From contig JAHIJU010000247.1 in NCBI GenBank assembly GCA_018898235.1, positions 13,124-77,123 of the forward strand: a stretch of 64,000 nt of DNA. Reading direction: 5' to 3'. Each line of letters opens with the position of its first letter. The first letter of the stretch is position 1. A program made the position numbers and the translations under genes. Source of the stretch: Actinomycetota bacterium. Its GTDB lineage: Bacteria > Actinomycetota > Actinomycetes > Actinomycetales > Cellulomonadaceae. The notes beneath the pieces are model-generated. The model had not been told where the DNA came from. It did not search any database and saw nothing but the letters and a program-made list of their open reading frames with translations. Below are positions 61,137-64,000 of this stretch, one piece after another.

Positions 61137-62329
61137 TGACGACCCCCGTCGTGGTACAGATCAACGATCTCTCCAAGCGCTTCGTCATCCGCAAGGAGAA
61201 GTCGCTGAAAGAACGCATCGTCAACTGGCGACGCTCCAACATCCACAAAGAGGACTTCTGGGCACTCACCGACGTCAATCTCGAGATTCGGGCCGGAAGC
61301 ACGGTCGGGCTGATCGGGGCCAACGGCTCCGGCAAGAGCACGCTGCTCAAGCTCATCAGCGGAATCCTGCAGCCGACGACGGGGACGGCCAAGGTCCGCG
61401 GTCGCCTCGCTGCACTCCTGGAGCTCGGCGCTGGATTCCATCCCGACCTCACCGGACGCGAGAACGTCTACATCAACGCTTCGATACTCGGACTCTCCAG
61501 GCAAGAGATCGACCGCTATTTTGATGCAATCGTCGACTTCTCCGGAATCGAACCCTTCATCGACACCCAGGTGAAGTTCTACTCCTCAGGCATGTATGTG
61601 CGGCTGGCCTTCGCGGTCGCAGTCCACGTGGACCCCGACATCCTGCTCGTCGACGAGGTGCTGGCCGTCGGGGACGAGCCGTTCCAGCGCAAGTGCCTCG
61701 AACGGATCCGCACGTTCCAGACCGAAGGCCGCACGATCGTCCTTGTCACCCATGGGCTGGACCAGGTGGCGGAGTTCTGCGACCGCGCGGTCGTCCTCGA
61801 GCAGGGGCGGGTGGCGGCGGACGGCAGCGCACGCGACGGGCTTCGTACGCTGCGAGCCGATTTCGAGCAGTCACGCCAGGATGAGCTCGCTCGGCTGCTC
61901 GACGGCGACGAGCTTGCCGGTCACACGCGCTTCTCCGGGGTCGCGCTGCGCTCCTCAGAAGGCGACGACAGCCACCCGCAGCTGCGCGTCGGCGATCCCC
62001 TCGTGGTCGCGATGGAGACGCAGACCGATGGTGCGGTCCGTGACGCCACCGTGGGCATGGCCATCACGACGCCGCTCGGGCTCACGCTCTATTCGACGAC
62101 CACGCGGCTGCTGGACGCCGGCGCACTCGAACTGACCGGAACCCAGCAGTTCCAGTTCGAACTGGCTTCGTTGCCGCTCGCCCCCGGGGACTACGCGGTT
62201 CGCACCACCCTGACGACTGCCGGCGGCGTCGAGCTGCAGACGGTGCCGGTCGCCGCCGAGTTCTCCGTCGAAGGCGTCGAACGCTCGCTCGGACCGGTGG
62301 CCGTCGACGCCAAGTTCCGGCGGTTCTGA
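61136..62329 (+). CDS. wzt: Polysaccharide ABC transporter ATPase with C-terminal extension (Wzt_C-like)
   Basis: GANGSGKST, LLELGAGFHPDLTGREN, YSSGMYVRL, VDEVLAVGD..FQ.KC; about 150 aa of extra beta-rich C-terminus. Confidence 0.94.
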   Translation: MTTPVVVQINDLSKRFVIRKEKSLKERIVNWRRSNIHKEDFWALTDVNLEIRAGSTVGLIGANGSGKSTLLKLISGILQPTTGTAKVRGRLAALLELGAGFHPDLTGRENVYINASILGLSRQEIDRYFDAIVDFSGIEPFIDTQVKFYSSGMYVRLAFAVAVHVDPDILLVDEVLAVGDEPFQRKCLERIRTFQTEGRTIVLVTHGLDQVAEFCDRAVVLEQGRVAADGSARDGLRTLRADFEQSRQDELARLLDGDELAGHTRFSGVALRSSEGDDSHPQLRVGDPLVVAMETQTDGAVRDATVGMAITTPLGLTLYSTTTRLLDAGALELTGTQQFQFELASLPLAPGDYAVRTTLTTAGGVELQTVPVAAEFSVEGVERSLGPVAVDAKFRRF

Positions 62330-62357
62330 GGGCCGATGCGCCCGCCCGCCCGACGGC

Positions 62358-63923
62358 CTAGAAGTGGCTCCCCGTCGGGAAGTACGAATCCACCTCGGGA
62401 ACGCCCCAGCGGTCTCGCACGAACTCCACCTCCCATTGGTGCACCTTGGGTACCCGGGTCTGCGACTCGAAGTGATACGCCGTGATCTCCGGCAGCCACA
62501 GCACGCGGTAGCCGCAGTAGCGGAGCTTGTAGCTGAAGTCCACATCGTTGAAGTTCCCGGGCAGGTGTTCGGTCATGCCACCGACTTCGAAGTAGACCGA
62601 TCGACGGACGGCGAGCAACGCGGCGGTCGCCCCGGACACCTCCCGACCGACGCGAAGGCCGGCGAAGGGACCATGCTCGTCGGGCCCGGCGCCCAGCAGG
62701 ATGTGGTGCCAGTCCGCGTGCTCGTACACGTGGCCACCGTGCTGCAGGCGACCGTCCTCGAACCGAAGCTCACAGCTCACCGCGCCCACACCGGGCTCGC
62801 AGGCTGCAGCCGCGAGCTCTTCGAGGGACCCCCGCCCGGTCAGTCGCACGTCATCGTTCATCAGGATCACGACGTCACCAGACGACGCGGCCACACCGAC
62901 GTTGCACTTCCGACTGAAGTTGAACTTCTCGGAGAAGCGGACCAGAACGAGGCGATCACCGAGGATCTCTCGCAGGCGGTCGAGCACAGTGGGGTCGGTC
63001 ACGTCGTCGTACACGACGACGACCTCCACGTCACCGACCGCGGTGGCCGCGATCGACTCCACAGCCTTCACGACATGGCAGACGTGCTCACCCCAGATCA
63101 TCCCGAAACCGCCGCGGGTCGGGATGACGACGCTGAGAGACACACGTTGCACGTTGCGGCGGACGACGTACGTGCCCGGCACAGGTCCGAGATCGGCCTC
63201 TCCATCGATTCCGACCCGGCGCAGGTGCGCGGCCACCGCACGTCGACCGGCTTCCCAGGTGTACGGCTTGGCTACCGGGTCGCCCGCGGTCGAGCCTGCG
63301 ACGACCCGCCAGTGGTACAGGATCTCGGGGACGTGGACGATCCGTCGCGCACGTTCGGAGACCCGCAGCGCGAGGTCGTGGTCCTGCGAGCCGTCGAACC
63401 CGTCGTGCAGGCTCCCCACCTCACGCACCAGGGACGTGCGCATGAGCGAGAGGTGTCCGACGTACATCTGGTGGCGCAGCCGCTCGGGCGACCACTCGGG
63501 CTTGCGGAACGCGTCAAAGTACTGCCCACGCTCGTCAACCTTGTCCTCGTCCGTATAGACGAGGTCGACCTCCGGCTCGGCGAGGAGAGGTGCGAGCTTC
63601 TCGAACGCACCTTCCGCCAGCTGGTCGTCGTGATCCAGGAACGCGACGAAGTCGCCGTTGGCGGCCTCGACCGCGTCCCGGGACGCCGCGACGATCCCGC
63701 CGTTCACAGGTCGCTCTATCAGCCGGATGCGCGGGTCGGCGGCAGCGTGCCTGCGAAGCTCCGCCCGTACCTCTTCATTGCTCGAGAGGTCGTCGACAAG
63801 GATGTGCTCCCAGAGCGCACCGCGTTGCCCGCGCACCGACTCGATGCATGCGTTCAGTGCCGCCAACGGGGGGTCGTAGACGGGGGTGACGACAGAGATC
63901 AACGGCATCGTCAGCCGACTCAC
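62358..63923 (-). CDS. Tandem two-domain GT2 glycosyltransferase (RfbC-like)
   Basis: ISVVTPVY, FLDHDDQL, YTDEDK, KPEWSP, GSQDHDL, LYHWR; second domain FNFSRKCN, MNDD, NFNDVDF. Confidence 0.92.
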   Translation of the reverse strand: MSRLTMPLISVVTPVYDPPLAALNACIESVRGQRGALWEHILVDDLSSNEEVRAELRRHAAADPRIRLIERPVNGGIVAASRDAVEAANGDFVAFLDHDDQLAEGAFEKLAPLLAEPEVDLVYTDEDKVDERGQYFDAFRKPEWSPERLRHQMYVGHLSLMRTSLVREVGSLHDGFDGSQDHDLALRVSERARRIVHVPEILYHWRVVAGSTAGDPVAKPYTWEAGRRAVAAHLRRVGIDGEADLGPVPGTYVVRRNVQRVSLSVVIPTRGGFGMIWGEHVCHVVKAVESIAATAVGDVEVVVVYDDVTDPTVLDRLREILGDRLVLVRFSEKFNFSRKCNVGVAASSGDVVILMNDDVRLTGRGSLEELAAAACEPGVGAVSCELRFEDGRLQHGGHVYEHADWHHILLGAGPDEHGPFAGLRVGREVSGATAALLAVRRSVYFEVGGMTEHLPGNFNDVDFSYKLRYCGYRVLWLPEITAYHFESQTRVPKVHQWEVEFVRDRWGVPEVDSYFPTGSHF

Positions 63924-64000
63924 TCAGCGTCCCTCCGTGCGAAGATGCGCGCCATGGGCGCCATGACGAGGTTCCCCAACCGGTAGGACCTCGAGCGCCG
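63920..64000 (-). CDS. 3' end of a partial CDS running off the window
   Basis: Reads RRSRSYRLGNLVMAPMARIFARRDAE-stop; GTGA overlap with the start of the GT2 at 63923. Confidence 0.65.
   Translation of the reverse strand, partial: RRSRSYRLGNLVMAPMARIFARRDAE

Overview
High-GC actinobacterial chromosomal segment. Gene content and order suggest Micrococcales, probably Cellulomonadaceae-like (inference). Left half (1-33.4 kb) is the conserved secA-hpf-comF-lpqB-mtrB-mtrA block, then an uncharacterised MoxR/DUF58/DUF4350/DUF4129/SpoIIM/RDD cluster, a five-gene cassette (galE, DMT-like membrane protein, GT-C, GT2, YdjC-type deacetylase), and a CDF-trm112-manB-DUF3499-zincin-wbbL-DUF5719-GT2-whiB-TIGR03089 block. 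Right half (33.7-64 kb) is a large cell-wall polysaccharide locus: manA, rmlD/A/C, many GT2/GT4 enzymes, a GacI/J/K/L-like side-chain module, an atypical UDP-GlcNAc 2-epimerase, a 3-amino-sugar pathway whose N-acetyltransferase is a decayed pseudogene, two divergent secreted wall-hydrolase-like proteins sharing a ~100-aa Cys-pair repeat, an O-acyltransferase and a Wzm/Wzt exporter. Best candidate for an undescribed system is the 17.5-22.3 kb cassette, which has the full logic of a lipid-linked de-N-acetylated hexosamine (cationic) envelope-modification pathway. No rRNA, tRNA, CRISPR array or mobile element was seen. All family assignments come from motif recognition by eye; no database searches were run.
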